Source of the DNA: Phoronis australis
Lineage: Eukaryota > Animalia > Phoronida
DNA: 64,000 bases
Assembly (NCBI GenBank): GCA_002633005.1
Contig: NMRA01000399.1
Location: 91,570-155,569, forward strand
Reading direction: 5' to 3'
Below the pieces are notes generated by a model. The model was given only the letters and a program-made list of their open reading frames with translations, made no database searches and was not told the DNA's origin. Within the stretch, counting starts at the first letter, position 1; every line of letters begins with the position of its first letter. The translations under genes and the position numbers were made by a program. Shown here in pieces: positions 62,508 to 64,000 of the stretch.

Positions 62508-64000
62508 AGGAGAATGCCACCCCAAAAACAACCTATTTTGTATCAATTTAGATCGAGTGGTTCTACTCAATAACGGCACGTTCGGTTGCGTTTACGGTAG
62601 ACGGAGGTGCTGAACTTATCCAAGTAATTGGTTTCACACGCAGTCTGTTCAGCAGTTCACAACACGGGTTAGTGGTGTCTGCTTATCACTTGAATACATC
62701 GTTTAACACCAATAAATCATCAAACTGCGATGTAAAACCCTTAAAAATACACCGAGTTCTTATAAAAACATAAACAAGTGGTGTTTTATTTCGCTGTTAC
62801 GGATTTACTGGTATTTGGACACACCGTAGTCTACAAAGTTCGACAGGCCAATTTACCAAGGTCCGTAGCAGGAGTTTGGTGTCTGTTCGGAGATAAATTC
62901 GAAGTATTCTTCCGTGAAATAAAGACAGAAGAACCTAGTAGATACTGTGTTGCTCATACTTGTATTTTTGAGTTCTAAACACACAACATGCATGTAATAC
63001 CCGGCCAGTGGCTCGGAACCCGATCACTAGGCCTGGCGTCGCGGCCGGACTGACGTTATCCCGGCCACTAGCTCGAAACCCGATCAGGCCCGTTGCGGCC
63101 GCCGGGACTGGTACGAACATAAACCAGCTTGAGTTGGAAACTAAACCTCCAGTCACGAAAAGACTATAATAGTGAGCTAAAGAAATAATGTGCACGTGTA
63201 TTATTCTTGTGAATTAGCCACGAAACTGAAAATCTACTTACTTGTCGGGGGCCGCGAAGTCAGGTTCCCCGTCCACAGACCGTCAGGGCACTGGTTGTAA
63301 CAATGATTTGAATAATGTATTTGTATTTCGTAATAAAGATTTCCCTAACATGTGACCATAGCATGTAAAATCGAGTGTTTCACAACAGCTTTCTGTCAGC
63401 AAACACTGAATTAGCATGCGCTCAGACGGCCTTGGTGCCCGGTCAATTGCCTTTGTTGCCAGCATCAAAAGCCGGTAACGCAGTGGTTTATTCATTGCTG
63501 TCTTCTCAAATCATTTGCACTCACGAGCACTCAAGGAATAACAAATTGTATCTAATGAGACAGACTATGTTCCAGTTTCATACAAGCATTTTGAAACAGA
63601 ACGCAGAATAATAAACGTCTACATGGCAACTCGCCTGGCGCCAATCCCGACTTAGGCAAGAGCTCATCCGACAAAGACTTCACAGGTTGGATCGTTATTC
63701 ACAGGCTATCAGTTCAAACCGGAATACACTGATCAAGAAATACTAGAGAGGCGCCGTGAACATACACAGGGAACAGAACGTATGGATAGTTCTTTGGTAA
63801 GCCAGAATTCGTCAGAGAAATCACTGTCGACGAAGTGTCGGCCACAAACATGGAGATGTTTCATGACCTCATACTTGCTATTAACAGTGTACCTTTCATT
63901 CTTCACTACCGCGAGCCACTTTCTAAGCATTTCGGGCTCTCGAGGAAGTCGAAAAAACGATATACACGTTTTCTTCCCAGTTTCATAGTTTCAAGCGGGA
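62508..64000 (-). mobile_element. Kolobok-like non-autonomous element, copy 2 (runs off the window)
   Basis: Terminus TTAA|AGGAGAATGCCACCCC. Homologous to 50362-51760. Confidence 0.78.
63733..63999 (-). pseudogene. THAP domain remnant, copy 2
   Basis: PA*NYETGKKTCISFFRLPREPEMLRKWLAVVK...HLHVCGRHFVDSDF, with a stop in place of the second Cys. Confidence 0.8.

Overview
This is animal (invertebrate-like) genomic DNA: AT-rich, intron-rich, from a draft assembly with two N gaps and three single-N joins. It holds three protein-coding genes. (1) The last two coding exons of PPP1R10/PNUTS (+), with a Gly/Pro/Met-rich region and a CCCH finger. (2) A complete 10-exon SPOUT1/C9orf114 gene (+, 8086-30624). 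Its hand-spliced CDS is 1125 nt (374 aa), and exons 7-8 appear twice across a single N, probably as two uncollapsed haplotypes. (3) The last four exons of an RGS3-like gene (-, 39652-47895). Nearly all other ORFs in the track come from minisatellites, N runs or transposon remnants. The introns contain many non-autonomous DNA transposons (Transib-like, Kolobok-like with THAP remnants, Harbinger-like, Tc1-like, Helentron-like) and about 25 minisatellites. The most notable observations are four unrelated tandem repeats that each straddle a real SPOUT1 splice junction and create arrays of decoy splice sites, a 520-bp fold-back with two Penelope-type minimal hammerhead-like motifs, a 36-bp unit present once in one duplicate and about 19 times in the other, and a CAC-ended element with an intact 5-bp TSD. 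I see no compelling new multi-gene system. All family assignments come from motif recognition and memory, not database searches.
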